Numbered from the stretch's first letter, positions 9,695 to 21,864 are shown. The stretch is DNA of 49,758 bases from Dehalococcoidia bacterium (GCA_040882355.1 JBBEBM010000001.1:1-49758); one strand, 5' to 3'. A program made the numbers and translations. The notes: a model not told the origin generated them from the sequence alone.

Positions 9695-10452
9695 ATGGCC
9701 TCCCAAGTAGGATTCCCGATCATCGTCGACTACTTGGACGGCCTACTCCAAGTATCCCGCTACGACGAGGGCGAACCTTCCAATGGCCTCATGGTCGATG
9801 CAGGAAGTCCCGTAACGCGCGTGGCTGCGGCAGTGAACACATCGTTCGATTCCATCGGCGGCGCCGCATCTGCCGGCGCCGAGCTCCTCTTGGTCCACCA
9901 CACGACCTGGGCGAGCATCGACCATGAGCTAAAGCCCAGAAGGAGGCGGCGCTGAAGGATGCCGGCATCTCGCTCTACGCCGCCCACGCCGCGCTCGACT
10001 GCCATTCCGAGTTCAGCAATTCGGAACTGCTCGCGCGGCACCTGGGCGTTCGGATCCTTGGGCGCTTTGTGGAGTACAGCGGAGGCCTCGCCGGCGCGTA
10101 CGGCGCTGTCGACGGGTCATTCGACCAGTTTGTCGAGCGAGTCCGGGCCGGCCTCGGCGCGCGCGTAGATGCCTGGGAAAATAGCGAATCCTTCGCGCGA
10201 GTAGGTGTCGTCGCAGGTGGAGGCGGATGGACGACGTATCTGAAAGAAGCTCGGTCACTGGCGTGCGATACGTACCTGACAGGGGAAGGTTCCATGTACA
10301 CGAAGCTCTACGCTCGTGAGTCGGGCATGAATCTAGTCATGGCGACACACTACGCCACGGAGATGTATGGGATCCGAGCTCTTGCGGGGCACGTCGCCGA
10401 GCGCTTCGAGCTTCCCTGGGACTTCGTGAGAGAAGACCCCGACGTGGCTTAG
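9695..10452 (+). pseudogene. Nif3-like dinuclear metal-centre protein, frameshifted (or assembly error)
   Basis: NGLMV...LLLVHH in ORF 9695-9955; continues in the -1 frame as KEAALKDAGISLYAAHAALDCH...YLTGE...HYATE to the stop at 10452; one base missing near 9934-9941. Confidence 0.8.
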
Positions 10453-10470
10453 GACCTCGCACGGCGTACG

Positions 10471-12210
10471 CTAGCTCCGCGTCGCGACCTCGTCTTTCAG
10501 CCGGTCGATGACCTGGAAGAGGGGCAGCGCCCCCAGGTCGGAGCCGTCCCGCTGGCGCACTGCCACCGCGTCTGCCTCCTGCTCCCGGTCGCCGACGACA
10601 AGCATGTAGGGCACCTTCTGCATCTGCGCGTCGCGGATCTTCGCCTGCATCCGCTCGCCACGCGTGTCCATCTCGACACGAAGGCCTTCCGCCCGCAGGT
10701 CGTCGACGACGCGCTCCGCGTACTCGGCGTGCCGGTCGGCGATCGGGATCACTACCGCCTGCACCGGCGCCAGCCAGAGCGGGAACGCGCCGCCGTAGTG
10801 CTCGATCAGCACGCCCAGGAAGCGCTCGATCGATCCGAGCAGAGCCCGGTGCACCATGTAGGGTCGGTGCTCCTTGCCGTCCTCGCCGACGTACGCGATG
10901 TCGAAGCGCTCGGGCAGGTTGAAGTCGAACTGCACGGTCGTGCACTGCCACTCCCGCCCCAGGACGTCCAGCAGCTTCACGTCGATCTTCGGGCCGTAGA
11001 ACACCGCCCCGCCTTCGTCGATGTCATATGGCAGCCCTCGCGATTCGACCTCGCGCTTAAGCACGTCCTGCGCCATGTCCCAGTCCTCCGGCGATCCGGC
11101 GTACTTCGCTGGCGCTGTCGCCAGGTAGACGTGGTAGTTCTCGAAGCCGAACGCCTGCAAGAAGAACATCATGAAGTCCAGAGCGCGGCCCACCTCCTCG
11201 CCGACCTGGTCCGGCCGGCAGAAGATGTGCGCGTCGTCCTGCGTGAAGCCGCGCACCCGCAGCAGGCCGTGTAGCACCCCCGATCGCTCGTACCGGTAGA
11301 CCGTGCCCAGCTCCGCCATCCGAATCGGCAGGTCGCGATAAGAGCGCGTCATGCTCTTGAACATCTGGATGTGGAACGGGCAGTTCATCGGCTTCACGTA
11401 GTAGTCTTGCCCGTCCACGTCCATCGGCGAGTACATGTTCTCGCTGTAGAAGTCCAGGTGGCCGCTCGTCGACCACAGCGTGCCCTTGCCGATGTGCGGC
11501 GAGTAGACGATCTCGTAACCGGCACGGAAGTGCTCCTGGCGCCAGAAGTCCTCGATCGCCGTGCGCACGCGGCCGCCCTTCGGGTGCCAGTAGACGAGGC
11601 CCGGCCCGAACTCCTCGTGGAACGAAAAGAGGTCGAGCTCGCGTCCCAGCCTGCGATGGTCGCGCCGCTGCGCCTCCTCCAGCCGCGCCAGGTGCTCGTC
11701 AAGCTCGTCCTGCGTCTCGAAGAGCGCGCCGTAGATGCGTTGGAGCATAGGGTTGTGCTCGTCGCCCCGCCAGTACGCGCCGGCGATGCTCGTCAGCTTG
11801 AACGCGCCCACCTGCCCCGTGCGCTCCACGTGCGGGCCCTCGCAGAGGTCCGTGAACGAGCCGTGGTCGTAGAGGCTGACGCGCTCGTCTCCGATGCCGT
11901 CGATGAGCTCCAGCTTGAACGGCTGCTCGGCGAACATCCGCCGCGCCTCGTCCTTGTCGGTCTCGCGCTGAACGAATGGCTGGTCGCCGGCGATCGTCTT
12001 GCGCATCCGCTTCTCTATCACGGCCAGGTCGTCGGGCGTGATCGGGCGCGATAGCTCGAAGTCGTAGTAGAAGCCGTGCTCGATCGGCGGCCCGATCGCG
12101 AACCTCGATCCGGGGAAGATCTCCAGCACCGCTTCCGCCATGACGTGCGCCGCCGAGTGCCGCATGCGATACAGCCGGTCCTCCTTCGACATCTCCTTCA
12201 GTTGACTCAT
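10471..12210 (-). CDS. thrS: Threonine--tRNA ligase (no TGS domain)
   Basis: RHSAAHVMA, DLCEGPH, GAYWRG, RDHRRLG, KPMNCP, RVRGFTQDDAH, FYGPKID. Confidence 0.98.
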   Translation of the reverse strand: MSQLKEMSKEDRLYRMRHSAAHVMAEAVLEIFPGSRFAIGPPIEHGFYYDFELSRPITPDDLAVIEKRMRKTIAGDQPFVQRETDKDEARRMFAEQPFKLELIDGIGDERVSLYDHGSFTDLCEGPHVERTGQVGAFKLTSIAGAYWRGDEHNPMLQRIYGALFETQDELDEHLARLEEAQRRDHRRLGRELDLFSFHEEFGPGLVYWHPKGGRVRTAIEDFWRQEHFRAGYEIVYSPHIGKGTLWSTSGHLDFYSENMYSPMDVDGQDYYVKPMNCPFHIQMFKSMTRSYRDLPIRMAELGTVYRYERSGVLHGLLRVRGFTQDDAHIFCRPDQVGEEVGRALDFMMFFLQAFGFENYHVYLATAPAKYAGSPEDWDMAQDVLKREVESRGLPYDIDEGGAVFYGPKIDVKLLDVLGREWQCTTVQFDFNLPERFDIAYVGEDGKEHRPYMVHRALLGSIERFLGVLIEHYGGAFPLWLAPVQAVVIPIADRHAEYAERVVDDLRAEGLRVEMDTRGERMQAKIRDAQMQKVPYMLVVGDREQEADAVAVRQRDGSDLGALPLFQVIDRLKDEVATRS

Positions 12211-12225
12211 GACCTATCTCCTTCC

Positions 12226-12275
12226 GTAGGGGCGACCGTCCGATCGCCCGGGGCGCGCAGCCGGCGCGCACCCAC
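12226..12275. repeat. GTAG-type REP-like double hairpin
   Basis: GTAGGGGCGA-CCGTCCGA-TCGCCC GGGGCGCGC-AGCCG-GCGCGCACCCAC; homologous to 48703-48774. Confidence 0.7.
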
Positions 12276-12277
12276 AA

Positions 12278-12570
12278 GATGAAACAGCCTCCCGCCCTAA
12301 GGGACGGGAGGCTGCGCTCACGTGGTTCCACCCTCGTTCGGCGGATCGTACGAGCCCGAAGGCCAGGTTACAGCCTGGCGACGGGTAGCAGGTCCACCCT
12401 CGACTCGGCCGCTAACGGGGCCATCCGGGGCCGCCTACCGTCCGCCTTTCGGCGGATTCGGGGCCCGGCTCGCAGGTGGTCTTCGCGGCGGTCGAGCCGG
12501 GGCGCTTCCAGCCTGGGCGCCCCTCTCTGACGACTCGCGTTCGCCGCTACTCGTCCTGGTCTCCGCCTGT
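12278..12570 (-). ncRNA. T-box riboswitch (Thr) controlling thrS
   Basis: Minus strand: stem I with GGAGA, AGTA, CAGAGAG and GGCTGGAAG motifs; specifier GAAG-ACC-A (ACC=Thr, 12478-12480); CCGTTA box; T-box AGGGTGGAACCACG; terminator CAGCCTCCCGTCCC-TTA-GGGCGGGAGGCTG-TTT. Confidence 0.93.
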
Positions 12571-12627
12571 CCTGCGGTTAGGCGATCGTGTTCTCGCTTC
12601 TCGCCTCCCGCGTCTTGCTTCCAACGA

Positions 12628-12704
12628 TGGTGGGCGGTACTGGACTCGAACCAGTGACCTCTGCGATGTCAACGCAGCGCTCTAGCCAACTGAGCTAACC
12701 ACCC
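12628..12704 (-). tRNA. tRNA-Val(GAC)
   Basis: GGGTGGTTAGCTCAG...CTGCG-TTGACAT-CGCAG...GGTTCGAGTCC...CCGCCCACCA. Confidence 0.97.
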
Positions 12705-12716
12705 GGGTTCGACCTC

Positions 12717-12746
12717 ATGCTAGCAAGGGTACGGGAAGGCCGTCAA
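12717..12746 (-). promoter_or_regulatory. Putative promoter of tRNA-Val (and possibly T-box-thrS)
   Basis: TTGACG-N18-TAGCAT with TG extension, 12 nt upstream of the tRNA. Confidence 0.55.
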
Positions 12747-12894
12747 CAAGTGCGGTCGTCCTGCCATACGCATCAACGTCCGTCCCCTCGCCCTTGCTCG
12801 ACAATTGACGCCGCCGCCGGTGTGCTATCCTGCAGGTGAGGTAGCTGTCACGCGGCCGGGCCGCAGGCGGCTGCCTTGTTGCACCGCGGAGCAG

Positions 12895-12924
12895 TTGCCC
12901 AGGCGAATTCGCCTGTGCTATACT
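12895..12924 (+). promoter_or_regulatory. Putative promoter of tRNA-Lys/tRNA-Leu
   Basis: TTGCCC-N18-TATACT with TG extension, 12 nt before tRNA-Lys. Confidence 0.55.
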
Positions 12925-12936
12925 CGCGCCGCATTT

Positions 12937-13012
<76 letters not shown>

Positions 13013-13018
13013 ACGAAG

Positions 13019-13103
13019 GGGGAAGTGTCGGAACTGGTAGACGAGCATGACTTAGGATCATGTGCCGCAAGGCGTAGGAGTTCGAGTCTCCTCTTCCCCA
13101 CCA
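13019..13103 (+). tRNA. tRNA-Leu(TAG)
   Basis: GGGGAAG...CATGA-CTTAGGA-TCATG, long variable arm GCCGCAAGGC, GTTCGAGT...CTTCCCCACCA. Confidence 0.96.
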
Positions 13104-13179
13104 CGATCTGCTACGCTCTCTGCCGTCCGCCCAAGGTGGACGGCGCTGAACATGTGAAAGCGAGGGCCCGCTAACGCTC

Positions 13180-14181
13180 ATGGCGCCGCTCCTGCAAGTG
13201 AAAGACCTCCGCACCTACTTCTTCACTGACGATGGAGTGGTGAAGGCGGTCGACGGCGTCAGTTATGATCTCGAAGAGGGCGAGACGCTGGGCCTGGTGG
13301 GCGAAAGCGGCTGCGGCAAGTCGGTCAGCGCGCTCTCCATCCTGCGCCTCATCGCCAGCCCGCCGGGCAAGATCGTCGGCGGTGAGGTGATCTTCGAGGG
13401 CGACGACCTGCTCAAGCTGGACGAGGACGAGATCCGCCACGTCCGCGGGAACCGCATCGGCATGGTCTTCCAGGAACCGATGACCTCCCTCAACCCCGTC
13501 CTCACCATCGGCCGGCAGCTCACCGAGGCGCTCGAGCTTCACCTCAAGATGGACCGCGCTTCCGCGGAGCGGCGCGCCGTCGAGCTGTTGGAGATGGTCG
13601 GCATCTCGGAGGCGGCGGGGCGCGTCGGCGATTACCCGCACCAGTTCTCGGGCGGGATGCGCCAGCGCGTCATGATCGCCATGGCGCTCTCCTGCAACCC
13701 CAAGCTCCTCTTGGCCGACGAACCGACGACCGCGCTCGACGTCACCATCCAGGCGCAGGTGCTGGAGATCCTCGCCCGCCTCAGCCGTGAGCTCGGCACC
13801 GCCGTGATCATCATCACCCACAACCTGGGCGTCGTCGCCCGCTACGCCGACCGCGTGAACGTCATGTACGCGGGGAGGATCATCGAGAGCGCATCGTCGA
13901 AGGAGCTGTACAAAAACCCGCGCCACCCGTACACGCTGGGGCTGCTCAAGTCGGTCCCGCGCCTCGACCAGTCGCGCAAGAGCAAGCTCGACCCGATCGA
14001 AGGCGTCCCGCCCGATCTGATCAGCCTGCCGCCGGGGTGCTCCTTCTACCCGCGCTGCTCGTTCCGCGTCGACAAGTGCAAGGAAGAGATGCCGCCGCTC
14101 ATGCAGGTGGGCGACAAGCACATGGCCGCATGCTGGGAGTGGAAGCAGGTAGCTGCCGCCGCGCCGGGAGTTGGATCATGA
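13180..14181 (+). CDS. oppD: Oligopeptide/dipeptide ABC transporter ATPase, OppD/DppD type
   Basis: [40 protein letters not shown]. Confidence 0.9.
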   Translation: MAPLLQVKDLRTYFFTDDGVVKAVDGVSYDLEEGETLGLVGESGCGKSVSALSILRLIASPPGKIVGGEVIFEGDDLLKLDEDEIRHVRGNRIGMVFQEPMTSLNPVLTIGRQLTEALELHLKMDRASAERRAVELLEMVGISEAAGRVGDYPHQFSGGMRQRVMIAMALSCNPKLLLADEPTTALDVTIQAQVLEILARLSRELGTAVIIITHNLGVVARYADRVNVMYAGRIIESASSKELYKNPRHPYTLGLLKSVPRLDQSRKSKLDPIEGVPPDLISLPPGCSFYPRCSFRVDKCKEEMPPLMQVGDKHMAACWEWKQVAAAAPGVGS

Positions 14182-15194
14182 CCACCGAAGCCGTCGAGCG
14201 CACCGAGGGCGGCGTCCGTCAGGGCGACATCCTCGTTGACGTTCAAAACCTCAAGGTGCACTTCCCCATCACGGCCGGGCTCATCTTCCAGCGCAAGATC
14301 GCCGATGTCAAGGCCGTCGACGGCATCACCTTCCAGATCCGCAAGGGCGAGACCCTGGGCCTGGTGGGCGAGAGTGGGTGCGGCAAGTCAACCACCGGAC
14401 GCGCGATCCTGCAGCTCTACCGGCCCACCGAAGGCGAGGTCAAGTTCGGGCAGACTGAGCTCACCCACCTCAAGGGCGACGAGCTGCGCCGGATGCGACG
14501 CCAGATGCAGATGATCTTCCAGGACCCCTACGCCTCGCTCAACCCGCGCATGTCCGTCGGCGCCATCATCGGCGAGCCGCTCGCGATCCACGGCCTGGCC
14601 AAGGGCAAGGCCCGGCGGGAGCGCGTCGCCGAGCTGATGCGCATCGTCGGCCTCAACCCCTACTACGTCAGCCGTTACCCGCACGAGTTTTCCGGCGGCC
14701 AGCGTCAGCGCATCGGCGTCGCCCGCGCGCTCGCAGTCGAGCCGGAGTTCATCGTCGCCGATGAGCCGGTCTCCGCGCTGGACGTGTCGATTCAGGCGCA
14801 GATCATCAATCTCCTCGAGGACCTGCAGGAGCAGTTCGGCCTCACCTACCTGTTCATCGCCCACGACCTCTCGGTCGTGCGCCACATCAGCGACCGGGTC
14901 GCGGTCATGTACCTCGGCAAGATGATGGAGCTGACGGGGCGCGACGAGCTCTACCAGAACCCGCTGCACCCCTACACCAAGGCGCTCCTCTCCGCCGTGC
15001 CCGTGCCCGACCCGGAGGTGGAGTCGACGCGAGAGCGCATCATCCTCACCGGCGACGTGCCCAGCCCCCTCCGCCCGCCGCCAGGCTGCGTCTTCCACAC
15101 GCGTTGCCCCGTCGCCATCGACGAGTGCCGTCAGGTGATCCCGGAGTGGCGCCAAGTCTCGACCGACCACTGGGTCGCCTGCCACCGCGTCTAG
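14178..15194 (+). CDS. oppF: Oligopeptide/dipeptide ABC transporter ATPase, OppF/DppF type
   Basis: ATGA overlap with opp[37 protein letters not shown]. Confidence 0.9.
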   Translation: MTTEAVERTEGGVRQGDILVDVQNLKVHFPITAGLIFQRKIADVKAVDGITFQIRKGETLGLVGESGCGKSTTGRAILQLYRPTEGEVKFGQTELTHLKGDELRRMRRQMQMIFQDPYASLNPRMSVGAIIGEPLAIHGLAKGKARRERVAELMRIVGLNPYYVSRYPHEFSGGQRQRIGVARALAVEPEFIVADEPVSALDVSIQAQIINLLEDLQEQFGLTYLFIAHDLSVVRHISDRVAVMYLGKMMELTGRDELYQNPLHPYTKALLSAVPVPDPEVESTRERIILTGDVPSPLRPPPGCVFHTRCPVAIDECRQVIPEWRQVSTDHWVACHRV

Positions 15195-15210
15195 GCCCCG
15201 GTCGGACAAC

Positions 15211-15825
15211 TTACTCCGCTTGCGAACGGTCTGGCACGGCGAGATCCGCGATCCACAGATGGCCCGGGTGCGCCAGTTCCAGCGCGCTCCGTAGCCACGC
15301 CCGCTGCCTGTCATCGAGCCTCGGCAGGACGGCGTCGAAATCGTTCGTGTTCCGTTCCACGTCTGCATGCTTCGCCTTGTACAGGAGGGAGACCTCCGGG
15401 CACACGTACGGCACGCCGTCCTGCGTGGTCCGGCCGAGTTGGTCGATCGGCAGACGGACCCTCGGATCGCGACGGAACAGCCAGTCACCGTCCTCCCGGT
15501 CCTCGAGCAGGAACTCCAACGCCCAGCGGCCGTCCGTTCGCGGCCGCGCCCAGAACTGGTGACGCGGCGCGGCGAGCCGGTCGCCGTCCTGCCACGGCGA
15601 CAGCTTGCCGTCGTGCGCGACCTGCATGTCCCAGTCCGAGAAATGCGCGCGAAGCAGGCGCTGCTCGTCGCGCAGCACCGCGATGTCGATGTCCCCGTGT
15701 TGCCGGGTCTGGTTGCCCAGAAACAGGTCGATGGACCAGCCGCCGGCGATCCACCAGCGCTCGGGGTACCCGGCGAACATCGGCGCAGCCTCTTCGGGCG
15801 TGACTTCCGCCCACGTCTCAGTCAT
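15211..15825 (-). CDS. Nucleotidyltransferase, ANT(2'')/Lnu-like family
   Basis: WWIAGGWSIDLFLG.QTRQHGDIDI motif; PEVSLLYKAK. Confidence 0.8.
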   Translation of the reverse strand: MTETWAEVTPEEAAPMFAGYPERWWIAGGWSIDLFLGNQTRQHGDIDIAVLRDEQRLLRAHFSDWDMQVAHDGKLSPWQDGDRLAAPRHQFWARPRTDGRWALEFLLEDREDGDWLFRRDPRVRLPIDQLGRTTQDGVPYVCPEVSLLYKAKHADVERNTNDFDAVLPRLDDRQRAWLRSALELAHPGHLWIADLAVPDRSQAE

Positions 15826-15839
15826 GGCATCACGATAGC

Positions 15840-15870
15840 GTAGGGGGGCGTTCAATCGAACGCCCCCTAC
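15840..15870. repeat. GTAG...CTAC REP-like palindrome (possible terminator)
   Basis: GTAGGGGGGCGTTC-AATC-GAACGCCCCCTAC. Confidence 0.7.
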
Positions 15871-15902
15871 GTCTTCCTCGCCTGGGTTCTGGCGAGCGCG
15901 CC

Positions 15903-16265
15903 TTATTGCATCGAGCCGGCCTTCAGCAGGCCGATCACGTGTCCCTCAGGGTCCGCGAGCATCGCGATCTCCGGCCCGCCCGGCACGGCCATCGGCGGCA
16001 TCACGGTCTGTCCGCCCAGCCCCTCGGCCTTCTTCAGGTACGCGGGCAGGTCATCGACCTCCACGTAGAACGTGACGTGGCCGGCGCCCCCGTCCTGCCC
16101 CGCTGAGATGCCGCCGCCGATACCCGTCTCGCTAGCGTCGGTCATGCCGTAGTTCATCGGATTGTTGGCGTCGACCTTCCAGCCGAAGAGGCCGCTGAAG
16201 AACTCCTGGAGTTTCTTTCCGTCCTTGCCGACCACCTCGAAGTGCGTCACTGGGTTCTTTGCCAT
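15903..16265 (-). CDS. VOC/glyoxalase family protein
   Basis: NPVTHFEV...FFSGLFGW...GIGGGI...TFYVEVDD...DPEGHVIGL. Confidence 0.9.
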   Translation of the reverse strand: MAKNPVTHFEVVGKDGKKLQEFFSGLFGWKVDANNPMNYGMTDASETGIGGGISAGQDGGAGHVTFYVEVDDLPAYLKKAEGLGGQTVMPPMAVPGGPEIAMLADPEGHVIGLLKAGSMQ

Positions 16266-16352
16266 GGTGATTCTCCTTTCATCGTCCGGTGTGTCGCTGC
16301 TACGTGTACCCGTGTCGATACGACCGCGTTGCGCGGCCGGATTCGCGTGCTA

Positions 16353-16721
16353 TCAGGGCCCGCCGCGCTCCATCTGGAAGAGCTGGAGGAAGTTGCCCTC
16401 CGGGTCCTCGAACGTCGCGATCCAGCCGCCGCCGAAGTTGTTCGGCTCTTCGATGAACTTCACCCCCGCGGCCTTCAGCCGGGCGCTGTCGGCCTGGATG
16501 TCGTCCGTCTCGAAGCCGACGATGTGGCGCGCCGGGTCGACCGCGCGGCCGCGCACGTCGCTGTGCGTGCCCAGCGCGACGGTTGGTTCGTTCGGGTCGC
16601 CGAAGATCACGAAGCCCGGAGACTCCATGCCCACCTTCAAGCCCAGTGTGTCGCGATAGAAGGGCAATAGGTTGTTGAGGTCTTCGCTCCAGATCGAGGT
16701 GAGTCCGAGTCTGCCGATCAT
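16353..16721 (-). CDS. VOC/glyoxalase family protein
   Basis: FYRDTLGL...FETDDI...GVKF...TFEDPEGNFLQL. Confidence 0.9.
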   Translation of the reverse strand: MIGRLGLTSIWSEDLNNLLPFYRDTLGLKVGMESPGFVIFGDPNEPTVALGTHSDVRGRAVDPARHIVGFETDDIQADSARLKAAGVKFIEEPNNFGGGWIATFEDPEGNFLQLFQMERGGP

Positions 16722-16736
16722 TGTTCTGCCTCCTTG

Positions 16737-17234
16737 CTATGCGTTCAGCCGGTCGCGATCTGCGCGGATCTGATTGATGTGGTCTGTTAGGTGAAACCCG
16801 GCCGCGGCCTCTGCCCACTGTGCCAGCGTCACATTCTCGCCGAACGGCGTGTCCTTCAGCAACGGCACGCGCGCCTTCCGCTCAAGCTGCTCCTGGCTCA
16901 GGCTGCCCAGGTAGCTCGCGATCTCATCGTACTGCGCCCGCACCTGCGACGCGAGAGCTTCGAAGCTCATCGCTTGCCGTTCCGGCGAGTAGTAGGGCAG
17001 GCCGGTGACGATGCCGATTAGCGGCTCATCCTCCTCGACGAAACGAACGAAGCCGTACGTCGTGAGGGCGTCCGCCTCGCCGCACAGGTGCGAGAGCGCC
17101 TCCTTCACGCACCATTCGCCGTCCGCGGGACGCCGACCCGCGGTCCCGTCATCGAAGCCCGCGAGGGCCTCGTCCAGCTCCCGGACCTTGGCCGCGTACG
17201 TGTCCTGTAGCGATGTTGCTGCTGCTGAGACCAT
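16737..17234 (-). CDS. DinB family protein
   Basis: RPADGEWCVKEALSHL...H(LTD)HINQI metal-binding pattern. Confidence 0.82.
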   Translation of the reverse strand: MVSAAATSLQDTYAAKVRELDEALAGFDDGTAGRRPADGEWCVKEALSHLCGEADALTTYGFVRFVEEDEPLIGIVTGLPYYSPERQAMSFEALASQVRAQYDEIASYLGSLSQEQLERKARVPLLKDTPFGENVTLAQWAEAAAGFHLTDHINQIRADRDRLNA

Positions 17235-17267
17235 GATTGCGCCCTCCTTGATGGCTAGTGCATGCTG

Positions 17268-17312
17268 ATTATATAGTGACTATTCTTTGTGTCAACCCCT
17301 TGTGGTACAATA
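17268..17312. promoter_or_regulatory. Divergent promoters with candidate HxlR operator
   Basis: Minus: TTGACA-N16-TATAAT (17295-17268); plus: TGG-TACAAT (~17306); palindrome ATAGT-G-ACTAT at 17273-17283. Confidence 0.7.
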
Positions 17313-17336
17313 TTTCCGCGAGGAGCATAGGGAGGA

Positions 17337-17729
17337 ATGGTCCGCCAGTACAACCAGCCGTGTCCTATCGCCCTCACGCTCGATATCGTGGGCGACCGCT
17401 GGACGCTGATCATTCTGCGCGACCTCCGCTTCGGGCTCACCAAGTTCTCCGAAGTGCTCGCGAACTCGCCTGGCCTGCCGCCCAGGATCCTCTCGGAGCG
17501 GCTGAAGAAGCTCGTAGAGCATGGCCTGGTTGAGCGCGTCGTCTACAGCGAGCATCCCCTCCGCGCCGAGTACCGCCTGACGGAGAAGGGGATCTCGCTG
17601 GAGCCCGTCATGGAAGCGATCGCCGCCTGGGGCATGCAGCATCTGCTGGAAGACGGCGAGCGGGCCGCCGTCCAGTCGCGACTGCGCGAGGTCCTCGGTC
17701 ACGAGGTCGGCGCAGCGAGCGCGGACTGA
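17337..17729 (+). CDS. HxlR family transcriptional regulator
   Basis: YNQPCPIALTLDIVGDRWTLIILRDL...LSERLKKL...EYRLTEKG. Confidence 0.93.
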   Translation: MVRQYNQPCPIALTLDIVGDRWTLIILRDLRFGLTKFSEVLANSPGLPPRILSERLKKLVEHGLVERVVYSEHPLRAEYRLTEKGISLEPVMEAIAAWGMQHLLEDGERAAVQSRLREVLGHEVGAASAD

Positions 17730-17747
17730 CCCAACTCCCACCTGAAT

Positions 17748-17820
17748 GTAGCCGCGGCTTTCCACCGGACGTCCACCCCGTCGAGTCATCGGAGCCGTAG
17801 CCGAGGCTTTCCAGCCTCGG
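17748..17820. repeat. Two tandem GTAG REP-like units
   Basis: GTAGCCGCGGCTTTCCACCGG (degenerate) and GTAG-CCGAGGCT-TTCC-AGCCTCGG. Confidence 0.65.
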
Positions 17821-17874
17821 CGTGAGGTGCGCCGCACAGGCATACGACCCGCTTCACGCAGTGCCCGTGCTACC

Positions 17875-18680
17875 ATGAAAGACACCGTGACCAGATTCGC
17901 CGATCCCACCTACCTCCTGCGCGAGCAGTACCGCGACGATTCGAATCTGAGCGCCCGCATCGCCCTGCACGAGCGCTTCAGCACGAACGCCGCTGACTGG
18001 TATCGATGGCTGTTCGATCACCTATCGATCGGGCAGGGACAGGTCGTCGTCGAAGTAGGCTGCGGCAACGGCACCTTCTGGCTCAGGAACGCCGTCCGCC
18101 TGCCCGCCTGCGAGCTTCTGCTGAGTGACCTCTCGCTTGGCATGGTCGCCGGCACCCGGCGCCGGCTCCTCGGGCGCGCCGCCGCACCGCGCTTCGCCGT
18201 CCTCGACGCGCAGGCGCTGCCGCTGCGGCCTGGCAGCGTCGATCTCGTGATCGCCAATCACATGCTCTACCACGTCCCCGATGTCGAGCGGGCCCTGCGC
18301 GAGATTCGCCGCGTCCTTCGGCCGGACGGCCGGCTGGTCGCCGCCACCAACGGCCACGCCCACCTCCGGGAGCTCGACGGCCTGCTCGCGCGGCTCGCGT
18401 TGCGCAGTGAACGCCACGCCGACGCCGAACGCTTCGGCCTCGAGACCGGCCCGCCGCAACTTGCGCCCTTTTTCTCGAACGTCGATCTCCTTCGCTACGA
18501 GGACTCGCTCGCCGTTACTGAGAGCCAGCCCCTCGTCGACTACGTTCTGTCGGTGGCCCCGGCCGGCGCTGTCACAGAAGCGGCGTTGCGCGATCTGCGT
18601 TCCCACATCGACCGCACCATCGCCCATGAGGGCGCCTTCCACCTGTCGAAGGACGTCGGCGTGCTGGTGGCGTCGGCGTA

Positions 18681-18681
<1 letters not shown>
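17875..18681 (+). CDS. Class I SAM-dependent methyltransferase
   Basis: [26 protein letters not shown]; start uncertain (ATG 17875 or GTG 17887). Confidence 0.88.
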
Positions 18682-20552
<1,871 letters not shown>

Positions 20553-20713
20553 CACCAGTTGGCGACGATGCCAGCATAGTGAACGACTGCGGCGACTTCG
20601 CACAGGCCCGCCCAGTTGTTCGTGGGGATCGGCGTCCCAAGACGTTGCCGCGCGTCCAGGCGAGTTTGTGATAACATGCGCCTTGATTACACCATGGTCA
20701 GCGATTTGTGGGG

Positions 20714-21864
20714 ATGACAGACATCAATCGAGAGGGCCTCACAGCAACGCTGTCGATCCTTCGCCAGACGGCGGCATCCTCCAATGTCGAAGGGATCTCG
20801 GAAGCGGCCACCCGGTCCGTCTTTGTGGAACCGATTCTACGAGCGATGGGCTTTGACGGACTCGAAGACATAGCTTGGGAGTATCACGTCAAAGCATCCA
20901 ACGAGCACATAGACTACGTGTTGAAGGTGGGGGGACGGCCAGCAGTGGCCGTCGAGGCGAAGTCATTCGGGACGCATTTGGCGGACAAGCACGCAGCGAA
21001 ACTCGTTCAGTATGCCGTCGTGAAGGAATCGAGTGGGGTTTGCTGACGAATGGTCGGCAGATGTGGATCTACAATACCGGTCTTCCCGGTGACTTGCGCG
21101 CCAAACATGTCGCGGACCTCGACTTTCTCGCTGGTGATGAGGAAGAAACCATCGATGTCCTGAGTCTCCTTGGGAAGGACGAGCTTGGTCGCCAGGAAGG
21201 CCTCAAGGAGTGGATGAAGAAAGCCGTCCTCGACCGAACGTTGCGCCTCGAGGTGCTTGATTCTGGATCAACCACGATCCAACAGCTCGCCTCTGCGGCA
21301 GCAACGGCCACTGGCTTTCCGGTGCCCGCGGAGGAGGTATCTCGATGGTTCGCGCGGATCCTAGCGCCAGCCCCCACCCCTGCGCCGCCCTCATCGCGGC
21401 CCGACGAGCCACAAGCAGCGATCGACATATCCCATTGGCTCCTACCTGCCGGTCCCGGAGATGATGGGGCGTTACCTGTAGAAGAGCTGCGTCGTTGGTT
21501 AGGTGCCGGAATGTGGGGCATGGGGCGCAGCACGCCCAATCGCAAATGGATGCGCCCCGGAGACTTCGTCTGCTTCTACGCAACCGGCGTTGGCGTCGTT
21601 GCCTGTGCTCGGTTGGCGGGTCTTCCGGACGAGCTGGTCACTGCTGAGGAGTGGCCCGAGCCAACCCCTATGGAGGGCGAGGTATTCAAGGTCCCGCTAG
21701 ACGAAGTCCGATGGCTAGCCGAACCAATCGTTGTGGACGAGTCTCTCCGCAGTCGACTGCAAGCGTTCGAGGGCAGGAAGCAATCGCCGATCTGGTCGTG
21801 GTTTGTTCAGACGACGCGGAAGCTGTCAGATGGAGACTTTAGGCTCCTGACGGGGGCTGCTTAG
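20714..21864 (+). pseudogene. HsdR_N-type PD-(D/E)xK nuclease fused to an EVE/PUA-like domain, frameshifted (or assembly error)
   Basis: SEAATRSVFVEPILRAMGF...EY...IDYVL...VAVEAK...QYA, then in the -1 frame EGIEWGLLTNG; C-terminal HWLL...GMWGM...MRPGDFVCFYATGVGVV; one base missing near 21020-21024. Confidence 0.72.

Noticed and set aside
13180..15194. oppD/oppF lacking permease and binding-protein genes
   Set aside because: Shared stand-alone ATPase pairs are ordinary; partners probably lie elsewhere.
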